Source of the DNA: an uncultured Acidobacteriota bacterium
Lineage (GTDB): Bacteria > Acidobacteriota > Blastocatellia > Pyrinomonadales > Pyrinomonadaceae
Reading direction: 5' to 3'
NCBI GenBank assembly: GCA_963718105.1
Contig: OY970352.1
Location: 2,546,237 to 2,610,236, forward strand
DNA length: 64,000 nt
Shown here: positions 26,506 through 35,832 of the stretch, piece after piece
Layout of the letters: the number at the start of each line of letters is the position of its first letter
Numbering within the stretch: position 1 is the stretch's first letter
Program-made: the position numbers and the translations under genes
Notes under the pieces: generated by a model
The model's database searches: none
Told to the model about the DNA's origin: nothing
Seen by the model: the letters and a program-made list of their open reading frames with translations, nothing else

Positions 26506-29500
26506 ATGAGAAATATACTTATTTTGTTCTTCTTATTTCTATGTTCCACGGTGCTTATTGCTGCACAGGAACCGTTTGGTTCCGTCGAAGGAACCGTCCT
26601 GGATTCGCAGGGAGCGGTCGTTCAAAACTCCACAGTGACCGTCCGCAGCCTCGCGACCAACGTCACCAAGACAGCCGTTACCAATGAGAACGGCCAATAT
26701 CGTATTTTACAATTACAGCCCGGCTTTTATGAGGTCCGCGCTTCCGGAACGAATTTCAAACAATCGATCCGGGAAAGCGTGCAGGTCCAGGTCGGGCAAA
26801 CGGCCGCGGTCGATTTCAGCCTGGAAGTCGGCGGGGTAAGCGAAACAGTAGTTGTAACCAGCACGTCCGAAGCTCAGATCGAACGCTCTGACAATACCGT
26901 TTCCGGTGTGGTCAATACGATACAGATCGAAAACCTTCCTCTAAACGGCCGCAACTTTCTCGACCTGGCGCAACTGCAGCCGGGCACCGAAAAAGTCGAC
27001 GGCGCATCGTTTGACCCGACCAAGGCCAATTTCACCGGCGTTTCTATCGGCGGGCAAGCCGGCCGCTCGACCCAGATCACGGTCGACGGCGGTTCCGTGG
27101 TAGATAATGTCGTCGGAACTACCGTCCAGAATTTCTCGCAGGAGATCGTGCAGGAATTCCAGATCGGGCTTTCGAATTACAGCCTGTCGACCGGCGCATC
27201 CGCCAGCGGTTCGGTGAATGTCGTTTCGCGCTCCGGTTCAAACAATTTTCACGGAAATGTCTTCGGATATTTTCGCGACGATAAATTTTCCGCATTCCCG
27301 GCACTAGCCAGGCTCGATGCGGCGCATGTACCGGCCGCCGCGCAGACCGAAAGAGTTCCTTTCGACCGGCAGCAGATGGGCGGCACATTCAGCGGCCCGA
27401 TCATTAAAGATAAATTATTCTTTTTTGGAAGTTACGAGCGAAACAATCAGGACGGCTCGTCTTTGCGGAACCCCACATCGGCTTCGAGCTTTGCCGGTTT
27501 CACTCCGAACCCGTTTGACGAAACTTTGTTCACCGCCAAGGTCGACTGGGCGGCGAATGATTTCACCAACCTGTTTTTCCGTTATTCATTTAACGACAAC
27601 AGCGGCCAGGGGCCGTTCCCTGCCGGCTCGGGTATCGTGCCGCGCGACAGCGTGAGCGGTATTTTCCAATCCAATGACCAGATAGTAACGAACCGCGCTC
27701 ATAATTTTGTCGCCGGTTTGGCCTCGACCATCTCGTCCAATATGAGCAACAACCTGGTTTTCAACCTCAGCGATTTCAATAATGCGATCGATGCGGCTGT
27801 TCCGGGAATACCGGAGATCGCCTTTTCGGCGGACCCGCTTTTCCGCACGGGAACCAATGCGCTCACACCGCAGAAAACGCCGCAGCGCCGTCACCAGATC
27901 CGCGACGATCTGACGTGGTTAAGCGGCAAACACACGTTTAGTTTTGGCGGCGATTATGAACGCACCTCCATCGGCGGCACGTTCGTCTTTGCTAACCCGG
28001 TCCGCATCCGGCTTTTCATACCTACGTCAACAGATACCGAAGCCGATTTTCTGAACGCTTCCGTCCGTGATATTTCGATGGGTGTGGGCGATGCGAACCT
28101 GCCTTTTAACCAGGATGGGCCAACCGTCAATCATCGCTTTCAGTTTTACGCCGGTGATTCGTGGAAGATCACGCCCAACTTTACTTTGAACCTCGGGCTG
28201 GCTTACAGGTGGGATTCCAATCTCTGGAATCACGACCTCAGCCGTCCGGCGGTCATCGCTCCCCTCTTTGATAAAGGCACTGCCCCGGCGGCGCGCGATA
28301 ACAATAACATCGCTCCCCGCATCGGCTTTGCCTGGGATGTGATGGGCAATTCCAAGACCGTTATTCGCGGCGGTTTCGGATTGTATTACGACAACACGAT
28401 CGACAATCTGCGGCTCTTTGAACGAGCTGACCTCGGCCCCGTAGGAGCCGAACAGTTCCTCGTCGGAACCGGGATCGTCAGCCCCGTGCTGGCAGGGTTT
28501 GGCGGTGACGGACGGTTTGATCCGGGCCAGATAACGCTGGCGCAGATGCTGGCGCTGTGGCCGGCCGTTCGGGCGGACCTGGAATCTAGGCTGACGTCCT
28601 GTGTTTTGCCGACCGCTCTTGAATGCACGAATTCGGTTTCCGGACCGATCTTTTCGAGCAACTTCCAGGTGCCGTATTCGCTGCAATACTCGATCGGCGT
28701 CCAGCGCGAATTGCCGTTCAACCTGCTGCTGCAGGCTGACTTCAATTATCGCAAAGGGCTGCATGAAGTGATCGTGTATGACATCAACCAGGCGGATTCG
28801 GCGGGCGGCGCGGTTCTTGGAGCTTTCCCGTTCCCGGTCCCTTATGCCGATTCATCTGCGTTCTCGACCTATAAAGGCCTGCTGACACGGGTTGACCGCC
28901 GTTTCCGTAACGGTTTCCAATTCACCGCCAGTTATGCCCTGTCGAGATTCGATGCCTTTAGCCCGGACTCTTTAGGCCTGGGCGGAGCACCGACGGACAT
29001 CAATAACCTGCGGGCGGATTTCGGCCCTGCGGGACTGGACCGCAAACATCGCTTCGTTTTCAGCTCGGTTTATGAAATGCCGTTCTTTAAAAAAGACAGC
29101 TCTTTCATAAAACGAAACCTGCTGGGCAATTGGACCGTTTCTCTGATCTCGACAACTTTCAGCGGACTGCCGCAAAGCATCTTCCTGCCTGACTTTGTCG
29201 ACCTGAGCGGAACCGGAACGTCCGCGACCTACCTGCCGGGAACGACCGGCGGTTCGATCGGGCGCAACATTCGCACAGTCGATCAGATCAACGCACTGAT
29301 CACGAATTACAACAGCACTCTGGCAGGGGGCGTCGATCCCTTCGGAACCCCGCTCCAGGCTTTGGCCTTGCTTCCGGCTGATACGCCCATCGGCGGCGAT
29401 TGGGTCCACTCTCAGGACCTGCGTCTGACCAAGACGATCTCGTTTAACGAGCGTATGCGGCTGCAATTGATCGGCGAAGTTTTCAATGTGTTCAACTTTG

Positions 29501-29652
29501 CCAATCTGACCAATGTGGGTGACTTTGTTTTGCCGGTCCAGGGAACTGCGCCGGGCGATATTACCACTCTTCGCCCGACGCAGCGTACGACCAGCGTCTT
29601 CGGTACCGGCGGGCCGAGGTCATTCCAACTGGGGTTAAGATTTGCCTTCTAG
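26506..29652 (+). CDS. TonB-dependent receptor-like outer-membrane protein with N-terminal carboxypeptidase-regulatory-like domain
   Basis: 1048 aa with a signal peptide. CarbopepD_reg-like region GSVEGTVLDSQGAVVQNSTVTVRS..NGQYRILQLQPGFYEV. Plug-like region IENLPLNGRNFLDLAQLQPG. Long beta-barrel region ending in aromatic ...LGLRFAF. Confidence 0.85.
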   Translation: MRNILILFFLFLCSTVLIAAQEPFGSVEGTVLDSQGAVVQNSTVTVRSLATNVTKTAVTNENGQYRILQLQPGFYEVRASGTNFKQSIRESVQVQVGQTAAVDFSLEVGGVSETVVVTSTSEAQIERSDNTVSGVVNTIQIENLPLNGRNFLDLAQLQPGTEKVDGASFDPTKANFTGVSIGGQAGRSTQITVDGGSVVDNVVGTTVQNFSQEIVQEFQIGLSNYSLSTGASASGSVNVVSRSGSNNFHGNVFGYFRDDKFSAFPALARLDAAHVPAAAQTERVPFDRQQMGGTFSGPIIKDKLFFFGSYERNNQDGSSLRNPTSASSFAGFTPNPFDETLFTAKVDWAANDFTNLFFRYSFNDNSGQGPFPAGSGIVPRDSVSGIFQSNDQIVTNRAHNFVAGLASTISSNMSNNLVFNLSDFNNAIDAAVPGIPEIAFSADPLFRTGTNALTPQKTPQRRHQIRDDLTWLSGKHTFSFGGDYERTSIGGTFVFANPVRIRLFIPTSTDTEADFLNASVRDISMGVGDANLPFNQDGPTVNHRFQFYAGDSWKITPNFTLNLGLAYRWDSNLWNHDLSRPAVIAPLFDKGTAPAARDNNNIAPRIGFAWDVMGNSKTVIRGGFGLYYDNTIDNLRLFERADLGPVGAEQFLVGTGIVSPVLAGFGGDGRFDPGQITLAQMLALWPAVRADLESRLTSCVLPTALECTNSVSGPIFSSNFQVPYSLQYSIGVQRELPFNLLLQADFNYRKGLHEVIVYDINQADSAGGAVLGAFPFPVPYADSSAFSTYKGLLTRVDRRFRNGFQFTASYALSRFDAFSPDSLGLGGAPTDINNLRADFGPAGLDRKHRFVFSSVYEMPFFKKDSSFIKRNLLGNWTVSLISTTFSGLPQSIFLPDFVDLSGTGTSATYLPGTTGGSIGRNIRTVDQINALITNYNSTLAGGVDPFGTPLQALALLPADTPIGGDWVHSQDLRLTKTISFNERMRLQLIGEVFNVFNFANLTNVGDFVLPVQGTAPGDITTLRPTQRTTSVFGTGGPRSFQLGLRFAF

Positions 29653-29706
29653 ATCTTATCTCCATGCAAAGAAGAAACGGGCTTTCGGGCCCGTTTCTTT
29701 TTATGT

Positions 29707-29789
29707 GTAGCGCCGGCGTCTCGCCGGCTGTCGTGGTAGCGTCACGCTGCCACATATGCTTTTAACCGTGAGCGGGACGCTGGCGTTAC
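29707..29789. repeat. Multi-hairpin GC-rich repeat, family B copy 3
   Basis: GTAGCGCC...GGCGTTAC outer stem encloses GCCGGCG-TCT-CGCCGGC, GTGGTAGCG-TCA-CGCTGCCAC and AGCG-GGA-CGCT. Confidence 0.75.
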
Positions 29790-29791
29790 AT

Positions 29792-31189
29792 TTATTTTTT
29801 CAGCGCCTTCACTACCGCCTGAGCTTCGTTGCTCAGGGCCGACATCACGCTGTTTTCCTGGCCTTCGATCTTGGCCGTGGTGGACTGCATCTGGAGTGTC
29901 GTTCCGTCAGCGCCGAGCGGCTTTAAGTCATAACCGACGGTTACCTCTACCTTGCCTTCCCCGCTGCCCGCGCCGGTGACCTTGCCGAAAAGCCCGCCGA
30001 CCTTGCTCGCCGTAGATTGTTTTAGCGATTTTATATCGGTGTTCAAAATGTAATCGCAGTTCAACCGCTTCGCGTCGTCCGCGGAAGTGATCGCGACGGC
30101 TTCCAATTTATTGCCGTTGATCTGCGAAACAAGCATGTTCTGATACATATCGGTCGAAAGCGGTTTTCCTGTCGAATTACCGACCGTCATCACGCCGACT
30201 CGAACAACGCCGGGTTTCTTCGCGCCCGCATTATTTGCCGGCGTCATTCCCTGCATCATCTGGTTCATTTCGGCCTTTGCTTCCGGAGTTTTCTGGTACT
30301 CGCCAATGGACTTCTGGGTATTCTTTCCGTAAAGCTCTTTTTGTTCTTTGGCTTCGGCGTAACCGGCCGGGACATCGAAAAGCTCCGCGGGCAGCGTCGC
30401 CCGGGAAAGCTCGACAACCTCAGTGGTCATGGTCATCATTCCGCCGCCCATTCCCATTTTCGCCATCATGGCCGCGGTTTCGGCATCGTCTTCACCGCCC
30501 GCATCGGCCCCCGTTCCCGACATGGAAATTTTGGTGGTGAGTTTTAGCGCGTAGCCTAATTTACCGGTCCCTTTTTGGACGAATTTCGTCTGGTCCAGGC
30601 AAGCCGGCGCGTGCTTTTCGTAGTTCATCGGATTTTCGGGCGGACGATCGAATTTGCAGCTCAGCCCGACGGAAAGATCGACGTACCAGCCGTCGGTTTC
30701 GATGCGCTGGTTATTTTTATCGCAGGCGTCCGGCGAAGCCTCGGTCGTCATCACGGTCTTGATATGACGCGCGGTCATTCCGAACATCTGCTGGCGCTCG
30801 CCGGTGTCGATGATCTCCATCGTGCGGGTGACGATCCCGCCTTTTTGAGTTTTAACTTTTGCCGTCGTGGTGCTTTTCACCGGCTGGGCCTGCGCCGCGG
30901 TCTCGGGGGCGCCCATCGGTTCGATCAGGTATTTCCTTTCCGGATCGCTGACCCTGATCGTGCGCTTCAGATCGCACTGCATGATGCTCACGCTCTTCAT
31001 GCCCATATTATCGCTTTCCGTGCGTTCGCGCGCGCCCTTGATCATCACCGCCGATTCCATCGTGCGCCCAGCCATCGTCATTCGCTGGCGCATCTTGAAA
31101 TCGTTTTGCGCAAAAATATTTATTGCCGAAATAAGCAACACAAAAATGCCCGCGATAATTAGATGGCTAATTAAATTCCTACTTCTCAT
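29792..31189 (-). CDS. Secreted Met-rich hypothetical protein
   Basis: 465 aa with signal anchor LISHLIIAGIFVLLISAINIFAQ. Met-rich stretches (AAMMAKMGMGGGMMTMTT, AEMNQMMQGM). No family recognised. Confidence 0.65.
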   Translation of the reverse strand: MRSRNLISHLIIAGIFVLLISAINIFAQNDFKMRQRMTMAGRTMESAVMIKGARERTESDNMGMKSVSIMQCDLKRTIRVSDPERKYLIEPMGAPETAAQAQPVKSTTTAKVKTQKGGIVTRTMEIIDTGERQQMFGMTARHIKTVMTTEASPDACDKNNQRIETDGWYVDLSVGLSCKFDRPPENPMNYEKHAPACLDQTKFVQKGTGKLGYALKLTTKISMSGTGADAGGEDDAETAAMMAKMGMGGGMMTMTTEVVELSRATLPAELFDVPAGYAEAKEQKELYGKNTQKSIGEYQKTPEAKAEMNQMMQGMTPANNAGAKKPGVVRVGVMTVGNSTGKPLSTDMYQNMLVSQINGNKLEAVAITSADDAKRLNCDYILNTDIKSLKQSTASKVGGLFGKVTGAGSGEGKVEVTVGYDLKPLGADGTTLQMQSTTAKIEGQENSVMSALSNEAQAVVKALKK

Positions 31190-31330
31190 TTCTCTCCCCC
31201 ACCGTATGATTCTTTTATCTTCGATCGATTATAAGACGAATTTTACCCGGTTTTTTGCTCATTCTAAAACAGATCGCTCATACAAACTTTACCGGCCAGG
31301 CCACTTGTTATTTTCAACAAGCCGATCCGT

Positions 31331-31427
31331 CTCAAGGTTCGGAAGGGTTGCTTGCGCCCGCCGTTTACAAGTACATTCGAGCCAACCTAAAAAGATAAGA
31401 GCGGGCGCAAGCGGCCCTTCCTGACCA
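31331..31427. repeat. BIME-like element, family A copy 3 (inside-out topology)
   Basis: GGAAGGGTTGCTTGCGCCCGC (31341-31361), then a 36-nt linker, then AGAGCGGGCGCAAGCGGCCCTTCC (31398-31422). The arms face each other through their GCCCGC ends. Confidence 0.85.
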
Positions 31428-31471
31428 TGAGGTAATTATATTGCCTTTTTTTCAAAACAGGCTTTCGGCTA

Positions 31472-32419
31472 TTACTCTCCCACGGCTTTTCCGCCGGTCG
31501 CCAAATAGAGCACCGCCATTCTGACCGCCACTCCGTATTTCACCTGGTCAAGTATCAGCGAGCGCGAGCCGTCCGCCACTTCGGAGGCGATCTCGATGCC
31601 GCGGTTCATCGGGCCGGGGTGCAGCACGATGGCGTCTTTTCGGGCCAGGTCGACGCGCTGCGGCGTCAGGCCGTAATGAATGGAATATTCACGCAGGGTG
31701 GGAAAAAATGCGGCGTCCATTCGTTCGCGCTGGATGCGCAGGATCATCACCACGTCAGCGCCGGTGATGGCCTCTTCAATGTTCGGCGCGACTTCCAAAC
31801 CGCGTTTTACCAGAAAGCCAAAATCGCGCGGGACCAGCGGGCTGGGGCCCGCCACTCGTACCTTTGCGCCGAGTTTGGTCAGCAGGTGAATGTTCGAACG
31901 CGCCACGCGGCTATGAAGAATGTCGCCGATGATCGCCACTTTCAAGCCCTTGATCTTGCCTTTGTGTTCGCGAATGGTCATCGCATCGAGCAGCGCCTGG
32001 GTCGGGTGCTCGTTCGCGCCGTCGCCGGCATTGACCACCGCGGCCTTGCTGGCTTTGGCAAGCTGGTGCGGCACACCGGCGCTCGAATGGCGTACGACGA
32101 TACAATCCGGCGCCATCGCATCCAGATTCTGCGCCGTGTCTAATAAAGTCTCGCCTTTTGAAACACTGGAACTGGAAACGCTGATATTGACCGCGTCGGC
32201 GGAGAGGCGTTTAGCCGCGAGCTCAAAAGAAGTACGCGTGCGGGTCGAAGCTTCGAAAAAAAGATTGATGACGGTCTTGCCGCGCAGCGCCGGAACTTTT
32301 TTAACCTCGCGCTGGGAAATTTCGGTAAAAGTATCGGCGGTGTCTAAGATCCCCACGATCTCTTTCGCGGTAAGATCGCGGATGCCCAGCAGATCGCGGC
32401 GATGAAAAGGTTTGTCCAT
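31472..32419 (-). CDS. pyrB: Aspartate carbamoyltransferase catalytic subunit
   Basis: 315 aa with motifs [19 protein letters not shown] and HPGPMNRG. Confidence 0.93.
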   Translation of the reverse strand: MDKPFHRRDLLGIRDLTAKEIVGILDTADTFTEISQREVKKVPALRGKTVINLFFEASTRTRTSFELAAKRLSADAVNISVSSSSVSKGETLLDTAQNLDAMAPDCIVVRHSSAGVPHQLAKASKAAVVNAGDGANEHPTQALLDAMTIREHKGKIKGLKVAIIGDILHSRVARSNIHLLTKLGAKVRVAGPSPLVPRDFGFLVKRGLEVAPNIEEAITGADVVMILRIQRERMDAAFFPTLREYSIHYGLTPQRVDLARKDAIVLHPGPMNRGIEIASEVADGSRSLILDQVKYGVAVRMAVLYLATGGKAVGE

Positions 32420-32449
32420 CTTAGATAACAGTATTAACTGTTAATTATT

Positions 32450-32501
32450 AACTGTGAACTATTCACTGTTTTTCATGGATGTTAGTGAATAGTTCATAGT
32501 T
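32450..32501. repeat. AT-rich hairpin upstream of pyrB
   Basis: AACTGTGAACTATTCACT pairs with AGTGAATAGTTCATAGTT (17 of 18 positions), 16-nt loop. It lies between the terminator of the 32552 gene and the pyrB start. Confidence 0.6.
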
Positions 32502-32517
32502 AAAAGTTAATAGTCGT

Positions 32518-32541
32518 AAAAAAAGGCGATCTGATATCGCC
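32518..32541 (-). terminator. Rho-independent terminator after the 32552-33175 gene
   Basis: The minus strand reads GGCGAT-ATCAG-ATCGCC followed by TTTTTTT. Confidence 0.7.
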
Positions 32542-32551
32542 AATTTTATCG

Positions 32552-33175
32552 TTAATTTACATTCGGAAGAGGCTTACCAAGATCGCCGTAAAAAGCATAA
32601 TCGGCTTTTTTGCCGCTGATCTCCAGCCTCCAGTTGGTAAAAGTCTCGGCTGTTGCGCACATGTTTCCCCGTCCCTGGAGGACCAGAAAATAGTCGGTCG
32701 CCGGAGCCATACCCTTTTGAAAAATACCGGTGCCCTGGCCGACCTTGGATTTGAAACGCCACTCCTTATAGAGAGCCGGGCCGCCCGCGCCGAATTCCCT
32801 CCCGTCATGAATGTCGACCATAAAGTCCACCATGGTGGCCGGAAGAGGTAGTGTCAGCGTGCCGGTTTTGCCGTTCTCGTCCTTAAACGTGAACTTGAAC
32901 GTTTTGTTTTGAAAAATTGACGTGAGCTGAAAGTCGAACCCTATGGGATCCATGCCTTTGATCAGATCGTCGCCTGCGTCCGTCATGTAAAGTCCCGGCT
33001 CTTCGAACTTAAGCCGTTTCAGCTCGCTGAGATAGTTTTCATCCAACTTCCTGGTATCGATCACATACGCTCCCGCGTCGGCACAGCAGGCACAGGCCAG
33101 CGCCGGTGACGACAGTGACAAAATAACGAAAAAAGCGGCTGTCAGCATACCAAGCAGGATCAGTTTATTCTTCAT
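32552..33175 (-). CDS. Hypothetical secreted protein inserted between pyrR and pyrB
   Basis: 207 aa. Signal peptide MKNKLILLGMLTAAFFVILSLSSPALA followed by CACCAD. No family recognised. Confidence 0.65.
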   Translation of the reverse strand: MKNKLILLGMLTAAFFVILSLSSPALACACCADAGAYVIDTRKLDENYLSELKRLKFEEPGLYMTDAGDDLIKGMDPIGFDFQLTSIFQNKTFKFTFKDENGKTGTLTLPLPATMVDFMVDIHDGREFGAGGPALYKEWRFKSKVGQGTGIFQKGMAPATDYFLVLQGRGNMCATAETFTNWRLEISGKKADYAFYGDLGKPLPNVN

Positions 33176-33183
33176 ATTTCTTT

Positions 33184-33747
33184 CTATTCTGCCGGAAGTT
33201 CGAAAATACCGACCCCCTCGTCTTCGTCAAAATCTTTCAGCATCACGCGGATGATCTCGTTCTTTTTGGTCGGCACCAGTTTGCCGAAGTAATCCGCCTG
33301 GATCGGAAGTTCCCGGTGTTCTTTACCGCGGTCGATCAGCACGGCGAGCTGCACCCGGCGCGGGCGGCCAAAATCCATTAATTGATCGAGCGCGGCGCGG
33401 ATAGTTCGTCCCGTGTAAAGCACGTCATCGACCAGCACGATATTTTTATCCTCGATATCTTCGGTAAGTTCCGTGCGGTTGACGATCGGATTGGCTCCGA
33501 CAGTTGAAAGGTCATCGCGATAAAGCGTGATATCGAGAATGCCCTGGATCGGAGCGGTCCCTTCCAGTTCGGCGATGCGTTTGGCGATCCTTTCCGCCAG
33601 CGGAACACCGCGGCGGCGGATGCCCACCAGGTACAGGTCTTTCGCGCCCTGATTTTCCTCAACGATCTCCGAAGCCAGCCGCGATAGAGCGCGCTTCATC
33701 CTGGCCGGGTCCATTATCCTCGACTTCTCGCTTAAATTTGCTTCCAT
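33184..33747 (-). CDS. pyrR: Bifunctional pyrimidine operon regulator / uracil phosphoribosyltransferase
   Basis: PRPP motif [13 protein letters not shown] plus ITLYRDDL and [12 protein letters not shown] track start 33843 would overlap pyrD, so I use the ATG at 33747 ([21 protein letters not shown]). The start remains uncertain because there is no clear SD. 33714 is an alternative. Confidence 0.88.
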   Translation of the reverse strand: MEANLSEKSRIMDPARMKRALSRLASEIVEENQGAKDLYLVGIRRRGVPLAERIAKRIAELEGTAPIQGILDITLYRDDLSTVGANPIVNRTELTEDIEDKNIVLVDDVLYTGRTIRAALDQLMDFGRPRRVQLAVLIDRGKEHRELPIQADYFGKLVPTKKNEIIRVMLKDFDEDEGVGIFELPAE

Positions 33748-33824
33748 TCGCTGAAAATCGTAACAAAATAAGGCGACAGGTGACAAGTTGCAGTTGTTGA
33801 AGTTACAATTATCGCACTTATCAA

Positions 33825-34988
33825 ATGTCTCTTTATAAAACATTGATCAGACCCCTGCTTTTCAGCCTGCCCAGCGAAACGGCGCACGAAATAGGATTAA
33901 AAGTTTTAAAGACCGGACTTGCACCCGGTTTTTTTGGCGGTCTTTTACGCGGCAAAACTTCGTTCGAAGAGTTTGGCCCGCTGGAACGTTTTGGCCTGAA
34001 ATTCGACAACCCTCTGGGAATCGCGGCCGGCTTTGATAAAAACGGCATTGCGGTAGAGCAGCTTGCGGCCCTCGGTTTTGGTTTTGTCGAGATAGGAACC
34101 GCGACCTATCACCCTCAGCCGGGAAATCCAAAGCCGCGTCTTTTCCGTTTGCCGCAGGATCAAGCGCTGATAAACCGGGCCGGCTTTAATAATGACGGCG
34201 CGGCAAAGATCGCTGAAAGAGCAAAAAAGAAAAAACCGGACTGCGTGCTGGGGATCAACATTGGCAAGAGCAAGATCGTGCCCAATGAGGAAGCGGTGGA
34301 AGATTACCTGAAAAGCTTTGAACTGGTCCATCCGGTGGCCGATTACATCGCGGTCAATGTCAGTTCGCCAAACACGCCGAATCTGCGTGAACTGCAGCGA
34401 GCAGATGCGCTGGAGGAATTATTAAGGGCATTGCAGAAGAAAAATAAGGAGCTTTCGGAACGCAGCGTCGCTTTGAGTCCCGGCTTTAGCCGGCAGCCGC
34501 CTGAAGGCGGTACTCAAAACAAACCTCTGCTGCTAAAGATCGCGCCTGATCTGAGTGAAGCAGAGATCGAAGCCATCGTCGATATTTCCCTGCGCCTGGA
34601 CCTGTCGGGGATCATTGCCACCAACACGACGGTTAGCCGTGAAGGTTTGAAAACCGCGGGCAGTGAAGTTGAAAAAATGGGGCAAGGCGGTTTGAGCGGC
34701 AAGCCTCTGCAAAAACGCTCGACCGAGGTCATCTCTATGATCTACCGCCACGCAAAAGGAAAACTTCCGGTGATCGGTGTCGGCGGCATTTTTACTCCGG
34801 AAGACGCTTTTGAAAAGATCAGTGCGGGCGCGTGCCTGCTGCAGGCCTACACCGGATTTATTTACCAGGGATTTTCTTTTGCCAATGATATAAATGCCGG
34901 TCTGGCCGAGCTGCTTAAAAAGAACGGTTTTGATTCGCTGGATGAAGCCATCGGGAGCGCAGACTTTAGTCTGCAAAGTAAGAAATAA
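33825..34988 (+). CDS. pyrD: Dihydroorotate dehydrogenase (quinone), class 2
   Basis: 387 aa with [20 protein letters not shown] and IGVGGI. It contains an extra segment, [17 protein letters not shown], before the conserved KIAPDLS. Confidence 0.92.
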   Translation: MSLYKTLIRPLLFSLPSETAHEIGLKVLKTGLAPGFFGGLLRGKTSFEEFGPLERFGLKFDNPLGIAAGFDKNGIAVEQLAALGFGFVEIGTATYHPQPGNPKPRLFRLPQDQALINRAGFNNDGAAKIAERAKKKKPDCVLGINIGKSKIVPNEEAVEDYLKSFELVHPVADYIAVNVSSPNTPNLRELQRADALEELLRALQKKNKELSERSVALSPGFSRQPPEGGTQNKPLLLKIAPDLSEAEIEAIVDISLRLDLSGIIATNTTVSREGLKTAGSEVEKMGQGGLSGKPLQKRSTEVISMIYRHAKGKLPVIGVGGIFTPEDAFEKISAGACLLQAYTGFIYQGFSFANDINAGLAELLKKNGFDSLDEAIGSADFSLQSKK

Positions 34989-35003
34989 TTATGAGTATCT
35001 CAG

Positions 35004-35082
35004 AAGGCGGAAACGCGACAGTTATGGAGCGTGTTTCTTTTGCGATAAATCACACGCTCCATAACTGTCGCGTTTCCGCCTT
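35004..35082. repeat. Perfect 31-bp inverted repeat between pyrD and pyrF
   Basis: AAGGCGGAAACGCGACAGTTATGGAGCGTGT (35004-35034) pairs with ACACGCTCCATAACTGTCGCGTTTCCGCCTT (35052-35082), 17-nt loop, no U-tract. Confidence 0.9.
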
Positions 35083-35097
35083 GGTCCGCTATAAAAT

Positions 35098-35832
35098 ATG
35101 AAAGAAAAGATCATCCTTGCTCTCGACTTATCTTCCCCTGAAGAAGCGCGTAAAACCATCGACACTTTCCGCGAAGAGGTGGGTGCTTTCAAAATAGGGT
35201 TGCAACTCTTTACCGCCGCCGGCGCATCATTCGTTCGGGAATTAACGGCGCGCGGAGTAAAGATATTTCTCGACCTGAAATTTCATGACATTCCTAATAC
35301 CGTCGCTTCGGCCGCGGTTGAAGCAGCGCGAATGGGAGTCTGGATGTTCAATGTTCACGCCTCGGGCGGGGGCGAAATGATGCGCGAAACGGTCGGGAGA
35401 GTGAATGAAGTGTGCAGCCGGGAAAACCTTGACCGGCCGAAGATGATCGCGGTAACCGTTCTGACCAGTTCGAATGCCGAAACACTTAGAGAAACCGGGG
35501 TCCAAACCGCGCTGACGGAGCAAGTTTTGAATTTAGCGCGACTTGCGTCAGAATGTGAGATGGATGGTGTGGTGGCTTCGCCGCAGGAGATCGCGATGAT
35601 CCGCGATGGCATTGGACGAGAAGATTTCCTGATCGTAACACCGGGCGTGCGGCCGACTTTTAAGGCCGCTTTTGCAACGGCAGACGATCAAAAGCGTGTA
35701 ATGACACCGGCAGAAGCTATCACGGCGGGTTCCGATCACCTGGTTATTGGCCGCCCGATCCTGCAGGCTGCCGATCCTTTAGAAGCCGTACGGAAGATCG
35801 TCAGGGAGATGGAGAACACGCGGGCACATTGA
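35098..35832 (+). CDS. pyrF: Orotidine 5'-phosphate decarboxylase
   Basis: 244 aa with ILALDL, DLKFHDIPNTV and LVIGRPI. Confidence 0.93.
   Translation: MKEKIILALDLSSPEEARKTIDTFREEVGAFKIGLQLFTAAGASFVRELTARGVKIFLDLKFHDIPNTVASAAVEAARMGVWMFNVHASGGGEMMRETVGRVNEVCSRENLDRPKMIAVTVLTSSNAETLRETGVQTALTEQVLNLARLASECEMDGVVASPQEIAMIRDGIGREDFLIVTPGVRPTFKAAFATADDQKRVMTPAEAITAGSDHLVIGRPILQAADPLEAVRKIVREMENTRAH

Noticed and set aside
26189-26687. ORFs 26189-26473 (minus strand) and 26292-26687 (plus strand) in the receptor leader
   Set aside because: They overlap each other and the real start of the receptor gene. Composition is Arg/Lys-rich and low-complexity, and neither has an RBS.
30867-31424. 185-aa plus-strand ORF reading out of the Met-rich protein gene into repeat A3
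   Set aside because: It is mostly antisense to the 29792-31189 gene, and its 3' part translates the repeat. I considered it as an explanation for the plus-strand wobble polarity of copy A3, but nothing supports it as coding.
32420-32551. PyrR-binding attenuator upstream of pyrB
   Set aside because: A terminator and a large hairpin are present. However, I could not find the conserved PyrR binding-loop sequence (ARUCCAGAGAGGYU type) here or upstream of pyrR, so no attenuator call is made.
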